This document shows, in pieces, positions 9,663-19,712 of a stretch of 46,195 nucleotides of DNA. A program made the translations under genes and the position numbers. Every line of letters begins with the position of its first letter. Position 1 is the stretch's first letter. Source of the DNA: Verrucomicrobiota bacterium (GTDB lineage Bacteria > Verrucomicrobiota > Verrucomicrobiia > Opitutales > Coraliomargaritaceae). The DNA lies in assembly GCA_039182435.1 (NCBI GenBank), contig JBCDCC010000001.1:1-46195 (forward strand). Reading direction: 5' to 3'. Below the pieces are notes generated by a model. That model did no database searches. It was not told the origin of the DNA and was given only the letters and a program-made list of their open reading frames with translations.

Positions 9663-10376
9663 ATGGCAGGCAGTAAGCAGAAAACAAACATCTACTACGT
9701 GGAGGGAGCAGCCAGATTTCTCATGGCAACCTCACCACTTTTGATACTTGGGGCAATCGTCGGCACACAGGCATTCAGAGATTTGATCATTCACTTTCTT
9801 CCAGTCATTGTGCCACTTAGCCTGGTCGCGGGCGCAACTTTTCTCACGATCATCGTCTTCGATGGGGCCAACCTATCGAACCCAATCAGCAGCAGTGACG
9901 AGATTGGAAGCTTCTCTCATCTTCGTCACCAAGACGTGGATACAAAATGGAGCGCAGAATACATTCAAGAGCAGCTCGAAGTCATCAGTAGCGAAAGATT
10001 CGAGAATTTCTGCACAGCCTTACTACGGGCTGAGGGCTCCACCGTTGAGCATGCCTGCTGTTCCTTATCAGGCCAGGAGGCAGAATTGGTCACGACACAC
10101 TCGAATGGAATCGAACAACTCATCCACTGCAGAAACCACAACACCTTTAACAACGTCACCGAAGAGGAGCTCTGGGAAATTCGCGGCTGCATCGCCTACA
10201 TGCAGATGAGACAGGGCGCCCTCTACACAACCAGCAGCTGGTCTGAAGCGACTCAGTGCTACGCAGAAGCCCATCAAATTGAGCTTTGCAGCGGGGAGCG
10301 CTTAGCGGAACGCGCCCACAATGCGATGACATCAGCCAGCTTCCTTGAGTCGATCACTACCAAACAGCTCACGTAA
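9663..10376 (+). CDS. two-TM membrane protein with C-terminal Mrr_cat-like (PD-(D/E)xK restriction-endonuclease fold) domain
   Basis: 237 aa. Two hydrophobic helices span about residues 22-36 and 41-66. Residues about 105-217 follow the Mrr_cat pattern as I recall it: FENFCTALLRAEG ... SGQEAELV ... IEQLIHCRNH ... GALYTTSSWSEATQCYAEAHQIELCSGERLAE. GC content is visibly lower than in neighbouring genes. Confidence 0.6.
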   Translation: MAGSKQKTNIYYVEGAARFLMATSPLLILGAIVGTQAFRDLIIHFLPVIVPLSLVAGATFLTIIVFDGANLSNPISSSDEIGSFSHLRHQDVDTKWSAEYIQEQLEVISSERFENFCTALLRAEGSTVEHACCSLSGQEAELVTTHSNGIEQLIHCRNHNTFNNVTEEELWEIRGCIAYMQMRQGALYTTSSWSEATQCYAEAHQIELCSGERLAERAHNAMTSASFLESITTKQLT

Positions 10377-10446
10377 GACACTATCTAGCGATTCGAGCTG
10401 GCAGTGATCGACAGACCTCCAATAGTGGCGACTACTATTGGCTGAA

Positions 10447-10887
10447 ATGACGATTAATCTAAAAGCCCATACGCAGAGCTTGCTCGATAATTACGAACGC
10501 TGCTTCAGCCAAGCATTGATCGCGCACGGAGCGGATGCCCCCGCACGCTTGATGGCCGCGCCCTTCGTCGTTTTGTCACACGGAAATGAAGCAGATCCCA
10601 TCTTTAACTACGCCAATCGGACCGCTCAAACGCTCTTCGAAATGGATTGGGCGCAATTCACCGCCCTGCCCTCACGCTTCTCCGCCCAAAGCATGCATCG
10701 TGATGAGCGGCAAAAGCTCCTCGATGAGGTGCAGACGCAGGGCTACTCAGACAACTACAAGGGCATCCGGATCAGTGCCACGGGCAAGCGGTTCTACATA
10801 CATCAGGCGCGTATTTGGAATCTACTCGATCCCGAAGGAGAACGCATCGGCCAAGCGGCCACTTTCTCTAACTGGGAATGGCTCTAG
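10447..10887 (+). CDS. MEKHLA domain protein (PAS-like, standalone)
   Basis: About 146 aa counted from the ATG at 10447; the track ORF starts at a TTG at 10438. The sequence PFVVLSHGNEADPIFNYANRTAQTLFEMDWAQFTALPSRFSA...RDERQKLLDEVQTQGYSDNYKGIRISATGKRFYIHQARIWNLLDPEGERIGQAATFSNW matches the MEKHLA domain pattern as I remember it. Confidence 0.75.
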   Translation: MTINLKAHTQSLLDNYERCFSQALIAHGADAPARLMAAPFVVLSHGNEADPIFNYANRTAQTLFEMDWAQFTALPSRFSAQSMHRDERQKLLDEVQTQGYSDNYKGIRISATGKRFYIHQARIWNLLDPEGERIGQAATFSNWEWL

Positions 10888-12131
10888 CTTGCAGCCACCA
10901 GCGCCTCAAGCTCGCGGACCGCATTGGCAGGCCCATCTTCTTGGGCCAGTAAGGCGGCCACCTTCTGCGCACGCGGCAGCATCTTCTTACTCTTTTCAAC
11001 AATACGCACCGCCTTCGGCAAATCCTCCGGCCATTTTTTGCGCTTCACTTCCAGCCCCACCCCCAAGCTCTTGACTGCATCCGCAAAGAACCACTGATCA
11101 CCGATATGCGGAATGATAATCTGCGGCACCCCTGAATGCAAAACGCTCCCCGTCGTGCCTGCACCTCCATGATGAATCACGACAGAGCCATACTTGAAAA
11201 GCTGGTCGTGTGAGACTTTACCCACGCATTTCATCTCTGGTCGCGGCCGCTCAATTGTGAGGCCCGCCCAACCCGACTGGATGATAATCTTCTTCCCCTC
11301 GGGCCAATTGCGCATGAAGCGCGTCATCACTTTTCGCGCCTCGTCAAAAGTCACACTACCAAAAGTCAGGATGGGCACCGTTTCCTCCTTACAGAAGTCT
11401 TTCAGGTAGTCATCCAGCGCTGGATCCTCCGGTGCCTGCCAACGCAAGTAGCCCGTAAAATGGAAGCGCTCACTCCAGAGCCGCTTCGGCTGAAAGAGCC
11501 CCGGAGATACCGTCACAATCACTTTATCCGCAGGCTCTAATAAAAAGCTCTCCGTGCGCCCCATTCCAAAGGCCTCTATCGCCTCACCGACCACCTGGTT
11601 AATCTGCCAACAAAAGAGGCGATCCGCGATCTTCCAGGTAAATGAATTCCACGGCCGTCGAATAATCGGCGGGAACGGCAACAGGCGTGGCACACCTTCC
11701 GGCGGGTGGCTGGGCGAGGGCACCGCATTGTGTGCAAACGTCGTCACCGCGCAAGGAATGCCCCGACGCTTGGCCAGCTTACATAAACTCGAAAAAACGT
11801 AGCTACTCACAAACAGGTCGGCCGTCTCCAGCTCCCGGTCAATACTCGGCAGCAGCTCATCCAAATAAGGCAAGGACTCCGAGTAGATGATACGAATCAA
11901 GTCGAGCGGGTTCTTCGCTTTAGTTAAGTCCCGCATCGCCTCCGCGAACCCACTCTGATCCCAATCCGGCGGCAAGTAGACGTAACCCAGCCCGGCCGAC
12001 TCGATCTCGTCCTTAAAAAAGGAAACACAAGCGAAGCGCACCTCGTGGCCCACCTCGACCAGCGCCCGACCCAGCCGGATTACTGGATAAATATCACCCG
12101 TCGAGCCGTGTGATGTGAGGAGAACGCGCAT
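10884..12131 (-). CDS. GT1-family glycosyltransferase (UDP-glycosyltransferase / MGT-like)
   Basis: I take the start at the internal ATG, giving MRVLLTSHGSTGDIYPVIRLGRAL, the typical GT1 N-terminus. The C-terminal nucleotide-sugar motif is HHGGAGTTGSVLHSGVPQIIIPHIGDQ. The 17-codon Cys-rich upstream extension in the track ORF is probably not translated. Confidence 0.85.
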   Translation of the reverse strand: MRVLLTSHGSTGDIYPVIRLGRALVEVGHEVRFACVSFFKDEIESAGLGYVYLPPDWDQSGFAEAMRDLTKAKNPLDLIRIIYSESLPYLDELLPSIDRELETADLFVSSYVFSSLCKLAKRRGIPCAVTTFAHNAVPSPSHPPEGVPRLLPFPPIIRRPWNSFTWKIADRLFCWQINQVVGEAIEAFGMGRTESFLLEPADKVIVTVSPGLFQPKRLWSERFHFTGYLRWQAPEDPALDDYLKDFCKEETVPILTFGSVTFDEARKVMTRFMRNWPEGKKIIIQSGWAGLTIERPRPEMKCVGKVSHDQLFKYGSVVIHHGGAGTTGSVLHSGVPQIIIPHIGDQWFFADAVKSLGVGLEVKRKKWPEDLPKAVRIVEKSKKMLPRAQKVAALLAQEDGPANAVRELEALVAAS

Positions 12132-12206
12132 GCTGTAAGGAAATGAAAAGGATAAACAACAGCCCAACAAGCCTTTACACATGCATCGCTTGAAGACTTA
12201 CCCGTA

Positions 12207-13754
12207 TCAGAGTAAATCCGCAGCCAGCTCAGCCAGCTCGGAACGCACCCCGGAAACCAACTCTAGGTGCGCGGTGATCTCCGTGCCCTTCAGGCGCTGA
12301 GCGGTGTGAACGAGCCCATTCGACATCGCATCGAGGAACATACTGTCCACTTGATAAGGATCACCGAGCAAGATGACCTTGGAGCCCTCCGCCATTCGGC
12401 TGACCACTGTCTTCGCCTCATGAGGCGTCAAATTCTGCGCTTCATCGATGATAAAAATCGTATCTGCGAGCGAGCGACCGCGGATAAAGGTCATCGCCTC
12501 AACCTCGACCATCCCAAAATCGAAGAGAAACTGGTAAGGCTTACGCGGGGCATTGTTCTCCTCGTCCTCACTCTCGCTCTGCGGCTGCTTGGCCAACTTG
12601 GCCATCGCCTTCTTACGCTTGCGATTCGAAGTGATCCGGTCGATGTGCTCGTGATCCGGGCTCGGCTCCGAATTCTTCGCCACCTTCCGGTTACTGAAGA
12701 GCACCTCCAAATTGTCGTAAAACGGAGCAATGTAGGGCGCCATCTTCTCCTCCAGCGTGCCGGGAAGCGCACCCGTATCTTTACCGATGTGCACGAGAGG
12801 ACGGGTGATAAAGACACGCTCGTAAATATTCTCCTCACCCAGCGCCTGGTAGAGGGCCATCGCAATCGTCACCAGCGTCTTACCAGTTCCGGCCTTGCCG
12901 CAGCAGGTGATGAGTTTGATATCCTCATCGAGCAAAGCGTCCATCAACATCCGCTGCTCGTCATTGAGCGGGTGAATGCGTATACCCTTCGGGATCTTGA
13001 TCCCGGTCTCTCCATTCAGGATCAGGCCTTCAAAGACGCCATCCCCACGATAGCGCGCGGGCTCGCGAAACTCGCCATTACTTACATAGACATACTCGTT
13101 GATATAAAGATGACTCGTCTGATCCGGTGGAAGATCGACACCATGCTCCTCAAGGAAGCGCTCGTAGTCTTCGTCGTTTAAAGTAATCGTCTTACAACCA
13201 CCACCGAGCTTAGCCGTCGCTACCTTGTCGTTGAGGTAGTCCTCCACTTCGAGCCCCAGAGCGATCCCTTTCAGCGCCATGTTCGCGTCCTTCGTGACGA
13301 GGATCACGCGGGAGTCCACACAGACTTCCTTAAGGAAAAAGACTGAAGCGAGGATACGGCTGTCCATCTTCTCGATGTCGACCAGAGTCGCCTTGAGACG
13401 GTTCATGCCTTCGCTCTCATTATCGCCCTCAATAAAGTAGTCGTTGATCACTACGATCAAACGTCCCCCAGTGGGCAAATCACGGCTTAACGCCGAGCTC
13501 CCCTTCCCGTTCATCTCAGGCGGCGTGGTCAACTCACCGTCAAAGAGCGCCCGCAGATCGCGGTGCACCTTACGCGCGGCAAAGCCAAGCTCGCCGGGGG
13601 CAGATTTTTTCTTGTCCAGCTCTTCGAGAACTTCGACTGGGATAGCCAGCGTGTTGTCCTCAAATTTGTGGAGGCACTGGGGGTCGTGAAGGAGGACGTT
13701 TGTATCGAGGACAAAAATTTTAGCCTCGGTTTTCTTCGATTTTTGTTTCGGCAA
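12207..13754 (-). CDS. PhoH2-type protein: N-terminal PIN domain fused to PhoH-like ATPase
   Basis: 515 aa. The PIN start is [12 protein letters not shown]. The PhoH domain has Walker [16 protein letters not shown] and Walker B IIDEAQN. The start codon is TTG at 13752-13754, and an in-frame TAA lies 7 codons upstream. Confidence 0.9.
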   Translation of the reverse strand: MPKQKSKKTEAKIFVLDTNVLLHDPQCLHKFEDNTLAIPVEVLEELDKKKSAPGELGFAARKVHRDLRALFDGELTTPPEMNGKGSSALSRDLPTGGRLIVVINDYFIEGDNESEGMNRLKATLVDIEKMDSRILASVFFLKEVCVDSRVILVTKDANMALKGIALGLEVEDYLNDKVATAKLGGGCKTITLNDEDYERFLEEHGVDLPPDQTSHLYINEYVYVSNGEFREPARYRGDGVFEGLILNGETGIKIPKGIRIHPLNDEQRMLMDALLDEDIKLITCCGKAGTGKTLVTIAMALYQALGEENIYERVFITRPLVHIGKDTGALPGTLEEKMAPYIAPFYDNLEVLFSNRKVAKNSEPSPDHEHIDRITSNRKRKKAMAKLAKQPQSESEDEENNAPRKPYQFLFDFGMVEVEAMTFIRGRSLADTIFIIDEAQNLTPHEAKTVVSRMAEGSKVILLGDPYQVDSMFLDAMSNGLVHTAQRLKGTEITAHLELVSGVRSELAELAADLL

Positions 13755-13886
13755 GGGAAAGGTTTCTGTAGCGGCTTATGTCATTCCGGCGATTGCAGCC
13801 GGTGAGTTTGTCGTCTAAGCATTAGCCTTAAGCTGCCAGTCAGCATCGGCGCAAGTCGTAAAGGTCGGCGTCACATAAAATTACCC

Positions 13887-14567
13887 ATGCAGCCAGATTA
13901 TACAGCATTCGAAAGTGCGATCGGATACCAGTTTCAGGACCCGTCCCTGCTCGCGCTCGCCCTCACTCATCCGAGCTGTGAGCTTGAAATCGGTGATAAT
14001 CAACGACTTGAGTTCCTTGGAGACGCCATCCTCGGCATGGCCGTCGCCAGCGCACTTTACCAGCGCCACCCAGCTGCCGACGAAGGAGCACTCGCGCGAA
14101 TGCGAGCCAGCCTTATCAATGGCCGCAGCTTAGCCACCCGCGCCCATGAGCTCGGCATCGGGCCGCTCCTCCAAGTCAGCAAAGCTCATGCCCAGCACCG
14201 CCCAGAGCCCAGCGAGAGCATGCTCGAGGATGCCTTTGAGGCCCTGATCGGCGCGATCTATGAGGATGCTGGCTATGCCGCCGCCGAGAAAGCAATCCTC
14301 AGCATCCTCGATCCAGCAATCGCCAAAGTCAGCGAAGACTCCACTTCGAACAATCCCAAGGGTCGACTCCAAGAATGGTCGCAGGCCCAGCACCATGGCC
14401 AAACGCCGACTTACAGAACGATCGCCGAGGAAGGCCCCGACCACGCTAAAGCCTACACCGTCACGGTCTCCATCGCTGGCCAGGAAATCGCTCGAGCCAC
14501 CGGTAGCTCCGTCAAGCAAGCCCAAGCCGAGGCTGCCAAACTCGCCATCGAGAAGACCCGCGCCTAA
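13887..14567 (+). CDS. rnc: ribonuclease III
   Basis: 226 aa with [19 protein letters not shown] and the RNase III signature [13 protein letters not shown], plus FEALIGAIY. The C-terminal dsRBD reads [11 protein letters not shown]...[12 protein letters not shown]. Confidence 0.95.
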   Translation: MQPDYTAFESAIGYQFQDPSLLALALTHPSCELEIGDNQRLEFLGDAILGMAVASALYQRHPAADEGALARMRASLINGRSLATRAHELGIGPLLQVSKAHAQHRPEPSESMLEDAFEALIGAIYEDAGYAAAEKAILSILDPAIAKVSEDSTSNNPKGRLQEWSQAQHHGQTPTYRTIAEEGPDHAKAYTVTVSIAGQEIARATGSSVKQAQAEAAKLAIEKTRA

Positions 14568-14572
14568 GACGT

Positions 14573-17500
14573 ATGCCCGACGCATGCTACTATCACGGCG
14601 TCTGCGAAGAGGCACGCCCGGCACTCACCGCCCAGCTCGCGCTTCAGCCCCAACGCGGGAGCACTTCGATACTCGTGCTCGCTCAGCCGCAACTCATCGA
14701 GTCACGTGCGGCCGCCATTGATACCTTCGCCAAATGGAGCAAGGAGAGCACCGAGCTCAACGTCCGCCAACTTCCGGAAAATCCCCCGCCAGACATTGAT
14801 CCAACACGACGCGCCGAACGCGTCGCGGACCGGATTGCCGTGCTCAGCTACCTGATCAAAGAACCCACACAGCCCAAACTCATTGTCACCACGCCGGAGG
14901 CCCTCTTCGGCCCCGCCCCCGCACGAGAAGGCTTCGAATCCGGCCTACTCGAGCTCGTCGTCGGCAACGAATACGCTTTTACCGAGCTCGTCGAAAGGCT
15001 GACCGGCCGCTTGAACTATGATGCCGAAGCCCTCTGCGAATACCCCGGCCAGATCGCCATGCGCGGTGGGCTCATCGACATCTATCCCTTCGATGCCGAT
15101 CGCCCCTACCGAATCGATTTCTTTGGCGACGAGATCGAGAGCATCCGCAGCTACGACCCCACCACCCAACGGACCGAGCAATCGCGCAGCAAGCTATCCC
15201 TTTCCGCGGCACTGAACGAAGCCCCAGAAGGCGGCCAAGAGGGCAACATCATCGACTACCTGCCAGACGAGGCGATCACTTGGATCTTTGAAGACCCTTC
15301 ACTCCTCGTCCGAGAGCATCCGCTTCGCTTCCAGACCAAAACGGCGAAGAAGACACAAAAGACATGCTTCCACCAAGCCTTTAAGGCACGTGCTCAGATC
15401 GACCACATGCTCGGTATCAGCGAATTGGATACAGAGCCCGCACTCTTCAAAAGCGTCCCTCGCGAATCGTTCCCGACCGAGCCAATCAGCAACTACCGCT
15501 TGCATACCGATGCGAGCGAAGTCGGCTTCGACCGTTTCGAGGCCGACCAAAAGACCCGCAATCAATTCATCCAGCAGATCGCCACTTGGGCGGAGAACGA
15601 TCAGCTCGACATCGTCTTCGCGACTGCAGGCGAAAGTGAGGCCAAACGCATTCGCGAAATTCTCGACGAGAGCGGGGCCGAGTTCAAATTCAACGTCACC
15701 CAGGGCACCCTCTCCGGAGGATTCATCGCACCTGGCGCGGGCGGCTCACTCAAACTCGCCACTAGCAAAGCCACCAGCGGCCTCGCCTTGATCACCGATA
15801 CGGAATTCTTTGGCCAGAAGCGGCGCAAGCCGAGCGAGGCAACCCAGCGAGCCCGGCCCAAGATCTCCCAAGTCGATCAGCTACTGGATTTCTCAGAGCT
15901 CTGCGACGGCGATCCGCTCGTGCACCTCCAGCACGGCGTCTGCCTCTTTCGGGGCCTCACGCAGCTCGAGATCCAAGGTGGCCAGAAAGAAGTCATCTCC
16001 GTTGAATTCGCCAACGAGATGACCATCCACGTGCCGCTCCACGAGTCGCACCTCCTCACCCGCTACGTCGGCTTAACCAAAATCGCCCCCAAGCTCGGCA
16101 AGATCGGCGGCGCCAGCTGGGAGAAAACCCGACAAGCCGCTGAAGTCGCCGCCCTCGACTACGCCGCCGAGCTCCTCAACCTTCACGCCCAGCGGAGCCA
16201 GTCCGGCGGCTACGCCTTCCCGCCCGATCACCCCTGGCAGAAAAATTTCGAAGATGCCTTCCCCCACCGGGAGACGCCCGATCAGCTAAGCGCGATTGAG
16301 GCGACCAAGGAAGATATGGAAAAACCGCTCCCCATGGATCGGCTGATTTGCGGTGACGTCGGCTTCGGCAAAACCGAAGTCGCGATTCGTGCCGCCCTCA
16401 AAGCCGTTCTCGCCGGCAAGCAAGTCGCCCTCCTCGTGCCCACCACCGTGCTCTGCCAGCAGCATTTCAACACCTTTCAGGAACGCATGGCCCAATACCC
16501 GATCGTGATCGACATGGTCAGCCGCTTCCGCAGCTCTGCACAAAACAAACAAATCCTCGCCAACGCAGCCGAAGCCAAAGTCGATATCGTCATCGGCACC
16601 CATCGTCTGCTGAGCAAAGACGTGCACCTGCCCAACCTCGGCCTGCTCATCGTCGATGAAGAGCAACGTTTCGGCGTGCGCCAAAAAGAACGGATCAAAC
16701 AGCTCCGCGCCGACATCGATATCCTCACCCTCAGCGCCACCCCCATTCCTCGCACTCTCTACATGGCGATGGCCGGCGCACGCGCCATGAGCGTGATCGA
16801 AACCGCACCCGTCGACCGCCTCCCCATCAAGACCATCGTCAAAAGCTACGACCCGGGCCTCATCCGCAGCGCGATACAGGCAGAAACCGATCGCGGTGGC
16901 CAAGTCTTCTATCTCCACAACCGGATCGACACCATCGAGGGCGTCGCCAGCGACATTCGTGAAAGGCACCCCAAACTCAAAGTCGCCGTCGGCCATGGGC
17001 AGATGGAAGAAGGACAGCTCGAAAAGATCATGACCAAATTCGTCGCCGGTCACTTCGATGTCCTCGTCTGCACCACCATCATCGAATCCGGCATCGATAT
17101 CCCCAACTGCAACACCCTCATCATCGAAGGTGCCGACCGCTTCGGCCTCGCCCAGCTCTACCAGATTCGTGGCCGCGTAGGCCGATTTAAACGCCAAGCC
17201 TACGCCTACCTGCTCCTGCACCGCCATGCCACCATCGTCGAGCAAGCGCAGAAACGGCTCAATGCCCTCAAACAGCACAACCAGCTCGGCGCCGGCTTTC
17301 GCATCGCCATGCGCGACCTCGAGCTGCGCGGCGCAGGCAATCTCCTCGGCTCCCAACAGAGTGGCCACATCGCCGGAGTCGGCTTCGAGCTCTACTGCCA
17401 ACTGCTCAAAGAAAGTGTCGCCCGGCTCAAAGGCGAGCCCGGCTCCGACCGCGTCCGAGCCGAGGTCAAACTCGACTTTATCGCCGCCGGCGAAGGCAGC

Positions 17501-17950
17501 CTCCGCGCCCGCCGCACCAGCGGGACCTTCAGCTTCGCCGCGATCAAAGATGCTGAATACGATGGCCGCAAAGGCAGCCTGATCGAAGCCTCCCTCCCCG
17601 CCGAGTATGTCGCCGAGCCCCGCCTCCGAATCGATCTTTACCGGCGGCTCGCCCTCGCCAATTCAGTCCCCAAGATCCAAGATATCGGCGAAGAAATCGC
17701 CGACCGTTTCGGCAAGGCTCCCAAGGCCACCCTCGCGCTCATCGCGGTGAATGAGATCCGCGTCCTCGCCGAGGCCGCCGCCGTGCAACGCGTCGAGAGC
17801 GAAGGCGACCGCCTTATCTGCCGCTTCGCTCACCCCCAAAAGAACAAAGAATTTCTCAAGACTGGCAGCCGCTTTCCCCGCTTGACCGCCAAAGATCCCC
17901 TTCTAAGGTTGCGGGAAATAAAGCAATTCCTCGCTCGAAATCGGAAATAA
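14573..17950 (+). CDS. mfd: transcription-repair coupling factor
   Basis: 1125 aa. It has a UvrB-like N-terminal region, an RNAP-interacting CarD-like segment, SF2 translocase motifs ([19 protein letters not shown]) and the TRG region [10 protein letters not shown]. Confidence 0.95.
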   Translation: MPDACYYHGVCEEARPALTAQLALQPQRGSTSILVLAQPQLIESRAAAIDTFAKWSKESTELNVRQLPENPPPDIDPTRRAERVADRIAVLSYLIKEPTQPKLIVTTPEALFGPAPAREGFESGLLELVVGNEYAFTELVERLTGRLNYDAEALCEYPGQIAMRGGLIDIYPFDADRPYRIDFFGDEIESIRSYDPTTQRTEQSRSKLSLSAALNEAPEGGQEGNIIDYLPDEAITWIFEDPSLLVREHPLRFQTKTAKKTQKTCFHQAFKARAQIDHMLGISELDTEPALFKSVPRESFPTEPISNYRLHTDASEVGFDRFEADQKTRNQFIQQIATWAENDQLDIVFATAGESEAKRIREILDESGAEFKFNVTQGTLSGGFIAPGAGGSLKLATSKATSGLALITDTEFFGQKRRKPSEATQRARPKISQVDQLLDFSELCDGDPLVHLQHGVCLFRGLTQLEIQGGQKEVISVEFANEMTIHVPLHESHLLTRYVGLTKIAPKLGKIGGASWEKTRQAAEVAALDYAAELLNLHAQRSQSGGYAFPPDHPWQKNFEDAFPHRETPDQLSAIEATKEDMEKPLPMDRLICGDVGFGKTEVAIRAALKAVLAGKQVALLVPTTVLCQQHFNTFQERMAQYPIVIDMVSRFRSSAQNKQILANAAEAKVDIVIGTHRLLSKDVHLPNLGLLIVDEEQRFGVRQKERIKQLRADIDILTLSATPIPRTLYMAMAGARAMSVIETAPVDRLPIKTIVKSYDPGLIRSAIQAETDRGGQVFYLHNRIDTIEGVASDIRERHPKLKVAVGHGQMEEGQLEKIMTKFVAGHFDVLVCTTIIESGIDIPNCNTLIIEGADRFGLAQLYQIRGRVGRFKRQAYAYLLLHRHATIVEQAQKRLNALKQHNQLGAGFRIAMRDLELRGAGNLLGSQQSGHIAGVGFELYCQLLKESVARLKGEPGSDRVRAEVKLDFIAAGEGSLRARRTSGTFSFAAIKDAEYDGRKGSLIEASLPAEYVAEPRLRIDLYRRLALANSVPKIQDIGEEIADRFGKAPKATLALIAVNEIRVLAEAAAVQRVESEGDRLICRFAHPQKNKEFLKTGSRFPRLTAKDPLLRLREIKQFLARNRK

Positions 17951-17959
17951 GTTCGTCAC

Positions 17960-18946
17960 ATGCCGCTCAGCCGCACGCTCCTCCTCTGCACCACTCTCCT
18001 CCTCGCAGGCCTCGCTCACCTCAGTGCACAAGGCGATCCGGCACTCGCTCGTTTGGGGAACGGCATCGCCGCCATCGCCGAAGGAAAGATCATCACCGTC
18101 GAGGAGCTGCGACGCGAAATCGAGCCGATCATCCCCCGCCTTCAAGTCGAGTCCAAGACCTCGGAGGAATTTTCCAAACGCCTCGACGAAATCAGCCGCG
18201 AAGTGCTGCAAAACATGGTCGACCGCATCATCATCGTCAAAGCCGCCGAAGACGATGGCCTCCTCCTACCCCCATCCTACATCGATCAGGAATATGAAGA
18301 CACCATCGACCGCGACTTTGGCGGCGACCGTGGCCGCTTCCTCGAGTTTCTCCGTAGCCAAGGCCTCACCTCGCGCCAATTCCGGGATAAGATCTATCAG
18401 CGGATCGTAGTCAGCGTGATGCGCACCAAGAATCGCCGCTCACAATCCGAGATCAGTCCCGAGCGCATTCAGGACTTTTATCAGAAAAACAAGATCCGTT
18501 TCTACCAAGGCGAGGCCATGCACCTCCGCCAAATCATCCTCTCCCCGCTCGCTGACGAAGGGATGACACCACTCCGCCAGACCGCCCAGACCATCATTGG
18601 CGAACTTCAGCGCGGCAGTAACTTTGGCGACCTCGCCCGCAAATACAGCCAAGACAGCATGAGCCGCCGCGGAGGCGACTGGGGCTGGATCGAGCGCAAA
18701 GATCTCCGCACCGAGCTCAGCAAAGCGGCATTCGATCTCGCCCCCGGAGAATACAGCCAGCCCATCGAGCTCGGCGGCACCCTCTTCATCCTTTACTGCG
18801 AAGATAAGCGCGAGGAAATGATCCAACCCGTCGCCCAAGTTCGAGACATCATCGAAGAAATCCTCGTCGGAGAGATCGCCCGCGAGACCCAGGAAAAGTG
18901 GCTCCTCGACGTCCGCAAGCGCTCCTACGTGCGCTTCTACATGTAG
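17960..18946 (+). CDS. periplasmic peptidyl-prolyl cis-trans isomerase, SurA/PrsA-like (parvulin domain)
   Basis: 328 aa with signal peptide [24 protein letters not shown] and a SurA-like N-terminal chaperone region. The parvulin core reads HLRQIIL...[27 protein letters not shown]...PGEYSQPIE. Confidence 0.8.
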   Translation: MPLSRTLLLCTTLLLAGLAHLSAQGDPALARLGNGIAAIAEGKIITVEELRREIEPIIPRLQVESKTSEEFSKRLDEISREVLQNMVDRIIIVKAAEDDGLLLPPSYIDQEYEDTIDRDFGGDRGRFLEFLRSQGLTSRQFRDKIYQRIVVSVMRTKNRRSQSEISPERIQDFYQKNKIRFYQGEAMHLRQIILSPLADEGMTPLRQTAQTIIGELQRGSNFGDLARKYSQDSMSRRGGDWGWIERKDLRTELSKAAFDLAPGEYSQPIELGGTLFILYCEDKREEMIQPVAQVRDIIEEILVGEIARETQEKWLLDVRKRSYVRFYM

Positions 18947-19063
18947 AGATACAGAGACGACCTCTAGCCGCTTGCTCTCGCTAAACTAACGCTAGCTCGA
19001 TCAAAGAAAATATGAGCTGGAACAAGAATATCTGTTAATTTGTCCCGGATCATTAATCGCGAG

Positions 19064-19103
19064 GCGAACAATCGAAATCAGCTTCTACGACTTGTTCGCT
19101 TTT
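19064..19103 (+). terminator. candidate rho-independent terminator (plus strand), abutting the PIN gene stop
   Basis: GCGAACAA (19064-19071) pairs with TTGTTCGC (19092-19099). The stem can extend to about 11 bp with one bulge, and TTTT follows at 19100-19103. The loop is large (13-20 nt) and the hairpin sits about 120 nt after the PPIase stop, so confidence is modest. Confidence 0.4.
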
Positions 19104-19500
19104 AGGACTGTAGATCATAGAAGGATCTCGGCGAAACAATGCCGGTAGCTCCAAAAGAGCCCAACACCAACAGATCCTTATCGCCCGTAACCAAATAATC
19201 TGCACCAGAGGCACTGCAAGTCCCCAACACAAGAAGGTCTTCAGGGTCTCGGCACGCTTCGTTTGAGACTTCACCGGGCACAACCATGCGGCTACAGCGC
19301 GCGTATAACTCAAGCACTTCTGACACACGAGCCTTTGGGATTTTTAACTTCTTTGTCAGCTTCTCCTCAAGCTCATTGAAAAGAAATTTACTCACAACTA
19401 GATCGTGAGATTCTAGACATAGCTCAAACAAGGATTCGCAGAGACCACGCGCAGCAAATGCAGCGATCACCACATTCGTGTCCAACACTACGATACTCAC
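19102..19500 (-). CDS. PIN-domain toxin (VapC-like toxin-antitoxin component)
   Basis: 132 aa with a GTG start. PIN acidic residues appear in VVLDTNVVIAAF and YLVTGDKDLLVLG. The first base of the start codon is the last base of the upstream RHH gene's stop (TAGTG). Confidence 0.85.
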   Translation of the reverse strand: MSIVVLDTNVVIAAFAARGLCESLFELCLESHDLVVSKFLFNELEEKLTKKLKIPKARVSEVLELYARCSRMVVPGEVSNEACRDPEDLLVLGTCSASGADYLVTGDKDLLVLGSFGATGIVSPRSFYDLQS

Positions 19501-19712
19501 TACAGCTTATCGAAAATGTCTTCATCAGTGATAAGACCTTGAGCCTCCGCTAAGGGAAGTGTCTTACGTCTCAACCTCCTGAACTGCTCAACATTCACAT
19601 ACCGTCTTACCGATTCTCGGACTAGATCACTCACAGGTTTATGTTCCGAGTCGCTGATCTTCTGCAACTCGGCCTTTAATTCATCTGGTATCCTTACTGT
19701 AATCGTGCTCAC
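19500..19712 (-). CDS. ribbon-helix-helix (CopG/Arc-like) antitoxin
   Basis: I propose the start at the GTG at 19710-19712, giving (M)STITVRIPDELKAELQKISDSEHKPVSDLVRESVRRYV. That is a beta-strand followed by two helices, as in RHH proteins, and the product is about 70 aa. The track ORF extends 54 codons further upstream (Arg/Cys-rich), which I consider non-coding. Confidence 0.65.
   Translation of the reverse strand: MSTITVRIPDELKAELQKISDSEHKPVSDLVRESVRRYVNVEQFRRLRRKTLPLAEAQGLITDEDIFDKL

Noticed and set aside
16286-17401. Long ORFs lying antisense or in alternative frames inside well-supported genes. Examples are 16286-17401(-) in mfd, 44529-45665(-) in glmS, 12267-13181(+) in phoH2, 2447-3229(-) in the helicase gene, 6285-7187(+) over the ABC-F gene, 19928-20548(+) in menB, 14130-14624(-) and 34750-35394(+).
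   Set aside because: Each lies within a gene whose product has unambiguous family motifs. Their translations are low-complexity (Arg/Asp/Gly/Ala/Val/Ser-rich) with no recognisable motifs. Stop-free antisense frames are expected in GC-rich coding DNA.
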